A program made the position numbers and the translations under genes. Under the pieces are notes generated by a model that made no database searches, was not told where the DNA came from, and saw nothing but the letters and a program-made list of their open reading frames with translations. Of a stretch of 64,000 nt of DNA, positions 27,675-41,034 are shown piece by piece. The first letter of the stretch is position 1. Every line of letters begins with the position of its first letter. The DNA is from Schmidtea polychroa (taxonomy: Eukaryota), in NCBI GenBank assembly GCA_044892525.1, contig CM097885.1:7194001-7258000 (forward strand), in the 5' to 3' direction.

Positions 27675-28702
27675 CCCTTAATAACCTAGAGTTTCAATTT
27701 TGATACCAATCTTTTAAACCGAATGTTCACATTACTATTAGTTTTTTTTATAGGTTGGCTGTTCGTATTTTACTGTTGTATAATATTCTTTCCGACGAAA
27801 TTAAAAAAAAACAAATGTCATTATTGTTTTATTTTATCTATGACTTATTACTTGCGCGGCAAAGTGAACAAGTAAACACATTTTACTAAAAGTTTTGTTG
27901 AATACAAATTTGATATATTTTCTTTTTCTGAAGAAAATAAATACTTTTGAGGTAAGTGAATATATTATTTTTCCTATGATATAATTACTTTTTGCGAGTG
28001 CATGTTTTACTTGAAAAAACTAGTTCTATTTTTGTGAGTATCAATTTTGATACTTCAGGCATTCCGCCCTACATAAAACCTACCTACTAATTCTTTAGCT
28101 ATAAAAACTTTTTGAACTTCCGTTTCATTATTTTTCTGCATAGCTTGGTGTTGGAATTACTTTTATTTTTATTTTATTATAGAAATTTATCAAAAATGCG
28201 ACCAGAAGAGATGAAGAGAATATTGAAGCGGTTAGAAAATGGTGAAATTTCGGAAGACGATTCCACCGACAATGAAGATGACATAGACTATTATTCGAGC
28301 CAAAGAGATCGCCTGATGGAGCTAAAAGATGAAGAGGATGTAGGTAATTTTCCCACTGACCCAAACTTGGATGCAGATCCGCCTGCAGCAAACGTAGATA
28401 CCGACATGCAACATAATTTAGAGACTGTCGAACGTAGCCGAACTCCTACAATTTGCTTCCAGAACAACCTGCAAACTGCACCTTTCAACTCTAGAAACTT
28501 AGTGTGGAGAGTAAAGAATATGGACATAGTCCAAAATGCTTTCCAGTTTGCTGGAAACACTGAGTATTCACAAGAAATTATGAACTTAGACACTCCTTTT
28601 CAGTTTTTTTCTTATTTTTTTGTCGGTGAAGAAATTTTAAGATTTCTAGTGGACGAGTCAAATAAATACGCCTTCCAAAAGAATTCGCTTTGCGGTACAT
28701 GA
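27675..28702 (+). mobile_element. piggyBac 5' fragment (left end plus truncated transposase N-terminus, ATG at 28196)
   Basis: TTAA followed by CCC at 27671-27677, repeated GAGTWTCAATTTTGATAC, acidic N-terminus and TPFQFFSYFF...LVDESNKYAFQK motif. Confidence 0.75.
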
Positions 28703-28894
28703 AATGAATGTATCTCATTTCAAAATTTGAAAATACCCTTTAACCTTTAAATTTAATAATTTTAAAACGTATAATAATTTAAATATTAATAAATTACTGC
28801 AAACAATAGAAACTTCTTTCAATTTCACCTCTGATTTTTTTACAATTGACATTGTATTTATTAAAATCTTGACTATAAATCAGTAAAAATATCA

Positions 28895-29082
28895 TATCGA
28901 TGTTCTTTTTGATATTCACGAATTTTCGGCATAGCCTTTTTCAAGTGAAAAAATCACTTGAAATATCACTTGATGTCTTATTCAGTTTATTACAAATTAA
29001 AATTAATTTTTATGTGGAGACATTCAAAGTCACTTGAAAAAGGCTGTGCTGAAAATTCGTGAATATAAAAAAATATCGATAT
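28895..29082. repeat. Fold-back / MITE-like inverted repeat with ~54-bp imperfect arms
   Basis: ATATTCACGAATTTTCGGCATAGCCTTTTTCAAGTGA vs TCACTTGAAAAAGGCTGTGCTGAAAATTCGTGAATAT. Confidence 0.75.
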
Positions 29083-30734
29083 ATTTATTGATTCATGTTG
29101 AGGAATTCAATATGATCAAATCAAGATTTGAAATAATTATGAAAAATAATTATTTAAATTACGTTTTTGAAATTCTCCTTTTTTATAAAAAGTAAATTTA
29201 CAATTTTAATAAAATATTCTAATTTTTGTAATGAATTATTTTTGTTAATAAAAAACTTAAAGGACCCCTTTAGTAGTTTGACCCTTTCTCAATATGTTTG
29301 ATTATAAAATATCCCACATGATATACCCTTTAAATGTTTCCCAAAACCACCAATATATACAATTAAACCGTCACATTTAATCTAATAACGAAAGAAAAAT
29401 AACTCATTATGAAAAGGAAAAGAAAATAGCGAAAGAAAATGAATAAGTTAATTTATGATGGAAATTCCATTAATCTTGTTACGAAGGAGTCGGGGATATT
29501 GAGGACGAATTCAATATTTTCTATTATATTCTCCATTTTTTTCAAACTTATTCTATTAATTTTTGGAAAACTTTTAAAGTCAAGTTTCTAAATCATTATA
29601 GATTTCTTGAATTATATTTATAAATTCATCTTCAATTTGAGGAATAACTTGATTTAATTTATACAAAACATATAAACACAAAACTCCACATATTTTAGTG
29701 TTGTTTTAATCGATCGAAAATACCTAACACAAAAAGCGCAAAATTGAAAATGATCAAGGTTTAATATAAAATAAATAAAATAAGTTACATCACACATTAA
29801 GAATCAATAAACCCCGTATAATGGAATAAAGAGATAAATAAATTTAACAAAAAAATTCAAAACTTAAAAATTTCGATAGAAACATAATAAAATGTTAAAT
29901 ATAAATTTGAAAATTATTTAAACGATATAAAAATTAAATCGTCAAAATAATAAAATTAGTTAGCATTATGTAAATTGTAAAGTTTATAGAATTAAATGGT
30001 TATGTAACTTATTAAATTTAAAGTATAGAAGTGTTTAAATTAATAAAAATTAATATAACTCAAATTATTTAAATTATAAAATTTATAAAATTAAAATTAA
30101 TAAAAAATTAAATAATTAATTAATTAAATTAAAAATAAATAATTTATTGCACACACTCATGCATGTATGCAAAATTAATTCAAAATTTCTCGCACTCTAA
30201 TTGGATAGAGTGGCAGAGAATGCATGAATGCGGATTCAAAATCAGTATAAATACTGATTACAAATTCATTTGAAGAAGCTAGTTTTTTCAACACCACAAC
30301 TGGTCATTTCGGATAGTGTAACCATTACATTGACGGTAAACACTTGCTCTCAGTTTTTCTCGATTTTATGCCATCGTGGATTGGGTTGGGTAATTTTATT
30401 TTTTTTTATATGAAATTTTTGTGTAATGTTTTAAGCTAAATAAATTTTATATTCAATTTAGTTCAGTTGTTTAATTGTTTAATTTTCATTTAATTTTTAA
30501 GTTTTGGATAATAATTTTTATTGGGTTCAATTGTTATACTTATTGATTATGAACGATAGTACCATGGAATTGAGATCCAGCATATCATGGTTTGAGCTAC
30601 CTTCGGGATGTTCAGACTGGTGGGTATGCTGGCTTTTCAATCGCGCAGCTGATTTCGGGCCGAAATGTGGAGGCTTCTCCACGGGTCCGTCGCTGGAAGT
30701 ACTTTGGTCAAACATAGGTTAGGACTAAGAATAC

Positions 30735-31140
30735 AGGTAGATCCCTGCTCAAATTTTTTGAAGGACAATTTAAATATTATGGGAAGTGTGGATTAACTTA
30801 AAAATAAGGGCCGATCCCTGCTCAAATCTTTTGCGAGATAGGTTAAATATTCATAAATATCAAGGAAAATACCTCGCAACATTTATTAATAGAAAAATAA
30901 GGGCGCATCCCTGCACAAAATTTTGAAAGAAAACAATAGAAAATATCTAGAAATGAGGACAATAGCCGAATGAGATAGAAATGTAGAAATAGAAAATGAT
31001 CGATGACGTAAGACCTTCTATCGGCCGTCTAGAACCCGAAGAGAAAATACAATGGGGAGTAGTTTTAGCAATAGGGCTCACCTGCTCATTGTTTGTTCGC
31101 CTTTGTGTACAGTACCAACATGGTCGTCGCCATGGGTACA
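30735..31140 (+). mobile_element. LTR-like segment: three ATCCCTGCWCAAA direct repeats followed by motif copy B (31008-31140)
   Basis: Repeats at 30741, 30814 and 30907. Motif shared with 717-847. Ends in GGGTACA. Confidence 0.5.
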
Positions 31141-31249
31141 CAAATGGTTAAAAGTGCAATAGTCATGGAGGTGCTTAGGAAGGAGTCGAGTTAATACCTA
31201 TGATTACCCCTAACGTATTTAAAATTTAAAATGACACACCCCTAAGTAA

Positions 31250-32124
31250 CCAACAATATGATTATAGTGCTTCATCTTGGAGAACAAGAGAGATATTTAA
31301 AAAATATTTTGAAAACTTAAATAGTCAATTTATTACACAAAACCGTAAAATTTTGGCTATTCTTGATAATTGTAGTTCCCATGCTGTTGCTGACTATTCC
31401 AATATTAAATTTATGATTTTGCCTGCAAATAATACATCACTAATCCAGCCGCTAGATCAAGGAATTGTCTACAATTTCAAGTTGAAATATCGATAAAGTT
31501 TTTTTAATTCCATTTTTTCTTTAGTACCTAACACTTTGCAAGCGAAAATTTCCAATTTCAATATTTTAAACGTAATTCAACGTGTAGTAACTGCTTGGAG
31601 CCAAGTAAAAGAATCTACTATAATCTATTGTTTTAAAAAAATTTATTCATATCATTTATTTCAGACAGAACCAATACTTGATTTAAGTTTTTAAGCTGAA
31701 GAAACAAGTGTAATAACTCTACTTAATAATATGACACAAGATTACTTGACGTCCCCCTTGTTAAAACAATATATTGAATGCGATTCTAAATTTAGGTTTG
31801 TTGAATTAGGAACACATAAAATAGCAGATCATACGCCTAAAAAAACTAAACAAAACAATTCAGCTTCTTGAATCCGAAAGAATATCTGAACTAAAATAAC
31901 TTAAAAAGAAAATAGTTGATATTAAAGAAAAATTATATTCTCCCACGACTGATTTATCCATGAAAGTGTTCGAGTTAAAAAATCTATTTATTTGATGAAA
32001 CTAATTAATAAATTTGCTTTAATGTTTAGTTTAATTTTTTTTTCTCCCCACGTATAACGAAAAATTCGTTATACGGGGAGAGTTTTCGCCGGTCTCGATT
32101 TTTTCGTTATAGGAGGTTTCACTG
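31250..32124 (+). mobile_element. pogo/Tigger transposon 3' relic
   Basis: RKILAILDNCSSH...ILPANNTSLIQPLDQGIVYNFKLKYR (DDE_1 motif), ending in the TIR TTCGTTATAGGAGGTTTCACTG followed by TA. Confidence 0.85.
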
Positions 32125-32450
32125 TATAAAGTAATATTAAAATAAAAAATATTTTATAAACAAAATTTTAATTTAATAAATTATTTTAATTTAAAGCTTA
32201 ATTTTTATGTTATTTGTTTATTTATCATAAATTTTAAAAAACCTAAATAATTTAGAAAACACAAATGAACTTTTTCTAATTGTTTTAAAGTTTAAAATTT
32301 TTAAAATTTTAATATATTGTGATTTTTTTTTATTTTAATGCTTAGTAGAACTCTCAATTTAATCAAGTCACCAACATTTAATACTCTCAGCAAAGTTGTC
32401 ATTCCATTTGTAAAAGGATTATTAATAATAATTTCATTTAGAATATTTTT

Positions 32451-32834
32451 CAAAATGGATCTAATTTAGTTTTTACGGCAAAATTCTGTTCCAAAGAAGA
32501 CATTCACCAAAATATCAATGATATGGTCAAATCTGACTCATTGGTTATATTTATCAAAGGTACTCCCGAGGAGCCAGCATGTGGATTTAGTAATGCAGTT
32601 ATTCTTCAAATGCATGGGATTAAACGATATCGATCTATAAATGTTCTTGAAAATGAAGACATCTGAGCAGGAGTTAAAGCATATTCAAATTGGCTAACGA
32701 TTCCTCAGGTTTTTATCAATGGTGAATTTATAGGTGGTTGCGACATCATGCTGGAGTTGCACAAATCTGGTGCGATTGTGGAAGAATTGAAAAAGGCCGG
32801 ATTAAAATCAGTTTTGCAGGAGCCAGCCTCATGA
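32451..32834 (+). pseudogene. GLRX5: Monothiol glutaredoxin (Grx5-type) pseudogene, intronless
   Basis: VIFIKGTPEEPACGFSNAV...[31 protein letters not shown]. In-frame TGA at 32664, no in-frame ATG for the presumed targeting peptide, WPT changed to WLT. Confidence 0.88.
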
Positions 32835-33398
32835 TTTAATGAGATTTATTCGTGTTTTTTTGGTAAAAATAGTTTTAGAGATGTTTTCTGATCTTTCGAT
32901 TTGAAATTTATTTATTCTTTGTTTTGATTGAATGAGTTGAATGGTTATTGGTTATCAACTGAGTTATTTATACGTGTAAATCCTTCTTTGGAGCCGTGTT
33001 GAATTAGCTATATGAACGTTTTTAACAAATGGATAATAAACATTTCAGAAAATATTATCTACTGATAAATTTATCAGTAGACAAATTTGCTAAAAATACC
33101 TCGATTGTGACAAATGAGGAATTTTTTGAAACAAATGTCAATCTTTTCATATTCCTTTGTTTTTAACAGTAACTTCTAAATCTAGTGGTGGGATTTGTAT
33201 CTAAGAGTTTAGGGTGAAGGCGATTGGGTACAGGGAATTACGTGCTGCCTAGGGATAGGGAAATATTGAGTTGTTCATCGAGCTCTAAGGGTTCTTGATC
33301 TCGTCATTTCCTTTCATCATTTTAATATTATTATTTACATGAACAAGCTGAAGTGAAATACTTAAATGGATCTGAGTATTCCTTTACATATTCTAGTT

Positions 33399-33535
33399 CA
33401 AGGGTGGGCAAAAGCCAGTCCGCAGGCTGTATCCGGCTTTTTTGCTTATTTCATCCGGCGGTATAGTTCTCCGGCCCGGGAGACATTTAGAAAATTTCAT
33501 TTTGGCCCGTGCTTATAAGTATTTGCTCACTCCTG
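33399..33535. mobile_element. 137-bp hAT (Charlie/Buster-type) MITE with 8-bp TSD
   Basis: TIRs CAAGGGTGGGCAAA / TTTGCTCACTCCTG. TTCTAGTT on both sides (33391-33398, 33536-33543). Confidence 0.9.
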
Positions 33536-33543
33536 TTCTAGTT

Positions 33544-34400
33544 CATAGTCCATATGCATCCTTTTTATCAACTGGTGGGTTGCAGATAGAGTAACCCTAT
33601 ACCCTTTGTGCGTTACCGAAAGTGCTCTAAATTCATTCCTCAGCAAGGTCATCTGCATAATTGTTTCTTCTCTATCTAATCCCAGTTCATCAACATTTCG
33701 ACCACTAATGTAAATTACTGAGCTTGAGTCCTCGAGCAAAGCATTCACTTTAAACGTTTTACTGCTCTTTTGAAGATGAATGGGAATCGTTCTCAAGTTT
33801 AAGTATACTTTGCTCTCAGTTTTAATTACATCAGCACCATTTGTCATCATTTTTCTTTTCTCTTTCTTCATTCCACTATAAAATGACCTTTCTATCCACC
33901 ACTTTTAAATTTTCATACTGATCCAGGTAGTGTGGCCCTTTGCATTTTACAAACTGAAACTTTATAGTTAAATTTCCTTTTTTGATTTCATAATTCGTTG
34001 TTCCTTTGTTGTCTTTTACTTCTTCAATCACTGCTGTAGAAGACTGTCTCTACTAATAGCTAATACTAATTTTTCATTTCTCCTTCTCGCACCGGTCTAA
34101 ATGTTATAATTACTGTTAGCATTAATTAATAGCTTCTTTCTTCTCCACCATAACGCCGATTCAATTTTTCTTTTGTCATTTTATATTATTTCGATTATAT
34201 GAAGTGGTTCGCCTGCTAGATGCTGTCTTAAATGTATCATTTTGTCTTCTATCTGCTTGGTCAATCTGTAGTACATATTGGAATCATGACTCGGTATCTT
34301 CCATATGTAGATTTTAAATAGCTCGATGTTGTAGGACCTATGGATGAGGATAGCCTTGTACAAGAAATCTTGAATCCACCCGATGATTCAGAAATTGCAT
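33544..34400 (-). pseudogene. BEL/Pao gag-protease relic
   Basis: LRTIPIHLQKSSKTFKVNALLEDSSSVIYISGRNVDELGL resembles the Pao aspartic peptidase (ALLDxGS, degenerate). Upstream extent uncertain. Confidence 0.6.
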
Positions 34401-34878
34401 ATATTTTTAGAAGTATATTTAGGTTATCCTTATTCAATAAAGAAGAAGTCGATGTTCTTTCCATATGCTCCAATAAGAAAGAATATATTATCAGATGATT
34501 TGTTGATATAGCAACCAGAAATAATAATGACGATGACAATTGTGATATTAGTTATATTATTAAACAATAACAATAATAATAATAACGATAATACTATTAT
34601 TCAATGAAATCGACAGAAACAAAGATAACAACAGTGAATCAATTACTGACATTTCATTTTCGGTGGTGTCTTTGGCCAGGTTTCAAAGGGAGACCTCTCC
34701 CCAATCTGAAATTAAATATTAACGATATCAATATTTACACTAATATATACACTAATTGATTCAATATTAATAAATAAATCGATTCATAAATTATTATCAT
34801 TTCGTTATGAAATAAATAGATAGGCATTATGTTGTCAAACAATACAACTGTCTTTTAATGAGTACTTATACTTATCTC

Positions 34879-35225
34879 ACGTCTAGCTATAAGTTATATA
34901 GAATTGATAATTTGGAACATTTTTGGAACGTATTAATCTGGAAATAAGCGTTTAATACTGACTTAAGTTGATGCAGAGTTCTTACGAATAACTTTCTTTA
35001 CTTTTGATAATTCTGCAAATAAATTCGTTTTTTAAATCGAGTCAATGAGTTTTCTCATTATCAAGACATTTACAAATATATTGCTCTTAGATAGATTTCA
35101 CAATCTGATAAAATTTTCATTTGGACAGCTAAATATAAGTTGACTTTACTCTCTCATTCTGTTTATTAGTTAAAAATATCCTGTTGCAACAAATTATCAA
35201 TCCTATATAACTTATAGCTAGACGT
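34879..35225. mobile_element. MITE-like element with ~35-bp inverted repeats
   Basis: ACGTCTAGCTATAAGTTATATAGAATTGATAATTT vs AAATTATCAATCCTATATAACTTATAGCTAGACGT (one mismatch). Confidence 0.7.
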
Positions 35226-35536
35226 TTTTCATTCTTTGCAATATGTTGATAACTAAATGGTGATAACATACTGGTAATGGTAGTTTTTCTTTATTTTATA
35301 CTATGTCAAGATCCTTGTTCACATCAAGTTTTGATTTACTATTATTTTTCTCTATATTTGATAATGCTATTCTTTATTAGCTAACATAGATTCATTACTA
35401 GATTCATTACTAATATGTTTTTGATTATTTTCTTTATTTCGAGGAAATCAATTTGTAACCGCAAATAGATATTTAGGTCATTTCTTTAATTCTTTTAAAC
35501 TATATATGAAAAAGACTGCCGAAAATACGTGAATAC

Positions 35537-35749
<213 letters not shown>

Positions 35750-35967
35750 GCTTGACTATGGACCGGTAAATATATTGAAAAACATCGATATATCGATTTA
35801 TAGTCAAGCTTTTTACTAATTCCAATGTCAATTGAAAAGAAATCAGTGATTTATATATACTATTCGAAATCCGAGTTAATAATGACTTATAACTCCTCAG
35901 CTTTTATAACAAGTTCCATTACCATTTCAAAGTTTATCTTCTAAAGTGCAATAGACACATTATATTA

Positions 35968-36024
<57 letters not shown>

Positions 36025-36057
36025 GATATTATGATATATATATATTATGATATTATG

Positions 36058-36088
<31 letters not shown>

Positions 36089-36886
36089 GATATTATGATA
36101 TATATTATGATATATATATATATTATGATATATATATTATAAGAAATTGAAAAAATTAAGAATTTGAAAATCATAATGGAATCAAAAAAATGAATCAGAA
36201 AAGCTGCATAAATAAAAGTAAATTAAAATGTTAATAACAACAACAAGAAGCAAGCTATAACAGAGAAAACAAAAAAACCCGCATTATAAAACATACTTAA
36301 CATTCAAAGATGCTAACGCCCTAAATAATGATAATTATAAAGCATTTTCATTCGAATTTAATGATAAAGTCAATTTTTTCACCACAAGATGGACAAACAG
36401 GGATGTCTGAATTTCTAACTGATTAATATACCCTTGCGACATGTTGAATGTGACCAGTACCCTTGCTAGCAATACCCATAGGGGGACAGAATATTTTGCC
36501 GGATAAACTCAGACTATATGGTCTTTATTAATATATCAAAATACTGTTACTTTGAGTTACACGAATGTTTTTTGTCTCCATATTTCTTGTTACAATATAG
36601 AAGAAGAAATTAAATTACGATATTAATTAGCATTGCTTCTTACGATACAGAATTTTCACGATATAATTCCCATATTACGATAAGTTTTTTTACGATACAG
36701 GTAGTGGCAATCATACCAAATACTACTTACCGAGCCTCATTATTTTATTTATTTTGATATTTATTTTTGATATTTATTTATAAACTTTTTATTTATCTAC
36801 CTATCTTATCTTTTTATTTTTTATCTATTAAATAAATTTTAACTAAATTTAACTCAGCTCATTTGCCGATTTTTTTCGCTATTTAC

Positions 36887-39046
36887 CGTTGATTTTAGGC
36901 ATTCAATTGTATGCTCCCGTTCCTCTATTTTATGTTCTTTCACCTGCAGCTGTAATTCTAATTCTTTTCCTTTTTCCATCGAATTTTTTAGCTGTAAAAA
37001 AAATTGAATAAAAATAAAATATAAGAAAAAACAATAAAATCACAAAATAACTTACAGCATTTGTTAATCTTGAATTATCATTCTGTAATGATAATAGTCT
37101 ATCTTCAAGATCTTGGTATTTAATTTGTTTTCCTGCGAAATTCTTCAGAAGCTTAGCTTCAATTTGAATTTTTAATTTTTCTGTAATTTCTTCGATCTCA
37201 TCCTAGTGATTAAAAAATCATTTATTTAATTTAATTTGTATATAAATTTACCTTAAATCGATCAATTAAAATTTCATTCATTTCATTTTCATTTTCTATT
37301 ATTTTTATGTCTTGGTCTAGTTGTACCTTCTCTTCTACAAATTTTGTTTTTCTATTTTCCAGTTCCGTGATCTAAACGATAAAAAATAATAAAAAACAAT
37401 AAAAAATATTGAGACAGAAATTTACAGAAAACCGGCCTCTATACTACCCCAGAGAGTTTTTGTGAAAGAAACATGGTGAAAGGATTGGTTTATAGATCAT
37501 GGTGGTTATCTTCCACTTTTAAAAATTCAGTAAAAAGTGTAGATAAATAAGTTGAATTACTGGTGAAGAATGGCTACTCAAAACGGTTTTTATTGTTAAC
37601 GTTGAAAGAGACTGCTGGTAAATGTATGAATAATGCTAAGGATCGTATTATGAATGAATGTAAATTGACTGATATCTCGAATGATGTAGTGAATATTAGT
37701 ATTGATATTAACAAACAAGATGAGCCAAAATATACGATGGTATTGCCGTATTCTGAAAGATATAAAGATTTCAAAGGAAAGATTGATAAACAGCTGGGTA
37801 CATTGAATTATAGAATAATTTCAAAATCGTGCAAAGTACGTAGTATGTTTGTTAGTATATCTCAAACGCCGGTTGGATTGTGTTCGGATCTCGTTTATCA
37901 ATTCATATGCCACATACATTGCAGAGACTGTCTGTCATCTCTGTACTCGAGTGTAAGAATATTGTCGACCGAAGGGAGTGTCCAATATTAAGTATCACAA
38001 TAAAGTCTGTATGAGAGAATTAAAAATGTCGAATTTTAAAATCTTATCAAAAAATTTTGATAATTGTTTTGAGCGTGTGATATGTGAAGCATTATTGATA
38101 AGAACTTTTAATCCTAAAATCAATGTGCAGAATGCAGTGAATACGTGTGTGTTGAATGTTTTTAATTAAGTTTTTGTATGTTGATGTATTTTGAATAATA
38201 GTTATGTTAAATAATTAAAAAAAATAATTAAAATAATATTTTTAATAATTTTAAAAGTTTAAATATAATTGATTATTGAAAATTGTTTTTAAAAAGAATT
38301 TTTATTAAAAATTTTTACTTATAATTTAAAATTTATATATTTTATAAATTGTTTATATATTATCAATATAGTATAGTTATTCATCCGTCGTGAATGTAGG
38401 TAACCTGATGATGATAGTGATGCTATCGAAATATATAGTGAAAAAGATGTATGGATGGTGAAAAAATAATGTTATTATTTATTATAAATATTATACACAA
38501 TAAAATTGTCAAAATAATTATACAAAGTATAATATCAATAATTTCAATTTCTTGGTAAGGATTATTTTTATAATCGAAAAATAAATATTAATATTAAGAA
38601 TAATAATAACCAATGAAAATAATAAAAAATTAATATTATTTAAATAATTTTAATATTAAAAATAAAATAAATACAATGAAAAATTATAATAATAAAATAA
38701 GAGTAATATTAAAAATAATAAAAAATTATAATAATAAATATAATAAAATATTAGAAAAATAGTAATATTAAAAATAAAATAAAAAATAAAAAGAAATATA
38801 ATAAAAGACTTTAATTTAATAATAATGAAATGCTTACATCTTTCCTGATCCTTTCTTTCTTAATTAAGTGATTTTTAACTACATTTTCCTCGTTTTCAAA
38901 GAGTTTTTGTTTATCATTGATTATGGCCTCTAAATTATTAATTTCACCTTCTTTAGTTATTATTCTATCATTAAATGCCTTGATTTTCTTCTCATTATCT
39001 TTAATGTTCATCTCAAGGCAATCTTGAAATTTGTTTTCAATCTTCA
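36887..39046 (-). CDS. Partial spliced coiled-coil protein gene; exons 39046-38838, 37371-37252, 37202-37056, 36991-36887
   Basis: Four GT-AG-bounded open exons. The last three (120, 147, 105 bp) are phase 0 and K/E/L heptad-rich (ITELENRKTKF..., DEIEEITEKLK..., LKNSMEKGKELE...). Start and end not resolved. Confidence 0.65.
37408..38470 (+). mobile_element. Penelope-like element 3' fragment, inserted antisense in an intron
   Basis: IYRKP, KNGYS, LPYSE, DLVYQFIC and ERVICEALLIRTFNPKINVQ (GIY-YIG C-terminus), followed by a hammerhead motif. Confidence 0.8.
38401..38441 (+). ncRNA. Minimal type I hammerhead ribozyme in the PLE 3' region
   Basis: taac CTGATGA t GATAG tgatg CTATC GAAA TATA TA gtga: core, 5-bp stem II, ATATAT palindromic stem III, weak stem I. 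Confidence 0.7.
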
Positions 39047-39466
39047 CTATAATTAATTAAATTTGTAATTAAATTTGTTTGAGTGTTTCAATGTTGATTC
39101 GGTAGTTAATTAACATTCCTCCTCCCATATCCATTGATAACATTTGAACTTTTTTTCGAGATAGAAAGAGACATAATGCAGAGCTATCCCGGGAAATCGA
39201 ATTAAAACAAAAATAAACTAAATAAAATGAATTCAACTTTTTCTCAACACAGACTTAACAACAATTTATTTATTAGCATTATGAAAATAATATCAGAATG
39301 AAATGGAAATATATTTGATAATTCACGAAGACATATTTTGCCCTAGAAGTATACATATATTACAATATGAAACGCTATTTCTGTTACCAACCGTAATTAT
39401 TATTATGTAATTATTCAATGTGGTAAATTAAAAATTTTACAATCATATTTTGTTTATCGAACGATG

Positions 39467-39537
39467 CATAATTTATCCAATTTAACCAAGTATTTTATTT
39501 AATAAATAAAATACTTGGTTAAATTGGATAAATTATG
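39467..39537. repeat. Perfect palindrome, 35-bp arms around a 1-nt centre
   Basis: CATAATTTATCCAATTTAACCAAGTATTTTATTTA a TAAATAAAATACTTGGTTAAATTGGATAAATTATG. Confidence 0.95.
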
Positions 39538-40084
39538 AAAAAAATGACAGGAGGCCATTTTGTGGACTAACATTTTACAAAATACATACCTAGGAAGGCA
39601 CGCTAATGGACTTCTCCAATCAGCAATGTTAAAGATAGTCTAGTTAGGGCGTCATTTTGCAGGCCATTTGATAATTTTTTCTATTTATATTTTGTTATTT
39701 TTTGGTAACATTAAAAAAATTTTACTTCCCAATTTTGCGCCCTGTGCGACTGCACCGCTCGCACCACCCTTGTTACGGCGCTGTTGTTTATACTGTTATA
39801 CTATATTAAATATTAAAATTTATTAAATGAAAATTAATATGTTGATTTGAATCTTTGACTAATATTTTGTAATTTTAATCAGAAACATGACATAATTCAA
39901 TCCTATAATTCATCACGAAAAGATGTCGATTACTTTAGATTTTATTTGGCATAATTAGTGTCTAAACATAAGTAGGTAGATAGTGGCTTACGGCAACAAT
40001 TACCCCCCCCCCGGGGGGGGGTTGTTGCAACTTTTTTTTTGTTGCCGTAATTTTTTTGTTGCAACTTTTGATTACGCAATTTTT

Positions 40085-40985
40085 CACACTATAGTGAGGG
40101 GGTCTCGATGGTCCTGGGATTTTCAATGCAAAAAAAATTTTTCTATACAAAAACGATGGTCCTGGGATTTTCAATACAAAAAAAATTTTTCTATACAAAA
40201 ATCCGACTACCACTAAAAAAGCATGGAATTTTCACACTATAGTGAGGGGGTCTCGATGGTCCTGGGATTTTCAATGCAAAAAAAATTTTTCTATACAAAA
40301 ACGATGGTCCTGGGATTTTCAATACAAATAAAATTTTTTCAATACAAAAAGGCGGTCTTCAATAAAAAAGCATGGAATTTTCATACTATAGTGAAGGGGT
40401 CTCGATGGTCCTGGGATTTTCAATACAAAAAATTTTTTTCAATACAAAAAGGCGGTCTACACTAAAAAAGCCAAGGATTTTTCAGACTATAGTGAGGGGG
40501 TCTCGATGGTCCTGGGATTTTCAATACAAATAAAATTTTTTCAATACAAAAAGGCGGTCTCACTAAAAAAGCATGGAATTTTCAGACTATAGTGAGGGGG
40601 TCTCGATGGTCCTGGGATTTTCAATACAAAAAATTTTTTTCAATACAAAAAGCCGGTCTACACTAAAAAAGCCAAGGAATTTTCAGACTATAGTGAGGGG
40701 GTCTCGATGGTCCTGGGATTTTCGATACAAATTAAATTTTTCTATACAAAAATCCGACTACCACTAAAAAAGCCAAGGATTTTTCAGACTATAGTGAGGG
40801 GGTCTCGATGGTCCTGGGATTTTCAATACAAAAAATTTTTTTCAATACAAAAAGCCGGTCTACACTAAAAAAGCCAAGGAATTTTCAGACTATAGTGAGG
40901 GGGTCTCGATGGTCCTGGGATTTTCTATACAAAAATCCGACTACCACTAAAAAAGCCAAGGATTTTTCAGACTATAGTGAGGTGA
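40085..40985. repeat. Subterminal ~117-bp tandem repeat array (mirrored at ~54830-55940)
   Basis: ACTATAGTGAGGGGGTCTCGATGGTCCTGGGATTTTC... repeated about 8 times with internal sub-duplications. Confidence 0.95.
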
Positions 40986-41034
40986 GTCTCCTTGATTCTG
41001 AGAAAAAGGTGGTCTACACTAAAAAACGTGGTAA

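Noticed and set aside
30735..30930. Three spaced repeats as a mini-CRISPR
   Set aside because: Only three imperfect copies with uneven spacing, in an LTR-like context.
32664..32666. TGA as selenocysteine in the glutaredoxin
   Set aside because: Not at a Cys position, other disabling lesions are present, and no SECIS was recognised.
33058..33081. 24-bp perfect palindrome TCTACTGATAAATTTATCAGTAGA
   Set aside because: Short, isolated and AT-rich; no function can be supported.
40085..40985. Regularly spaced repeats resembling a CRISPR array
   Set aside because: The intervening sequences are themselves repeated, there are no cas genes, and the context is eukaryotic. It is a tandem array inside a TIR.
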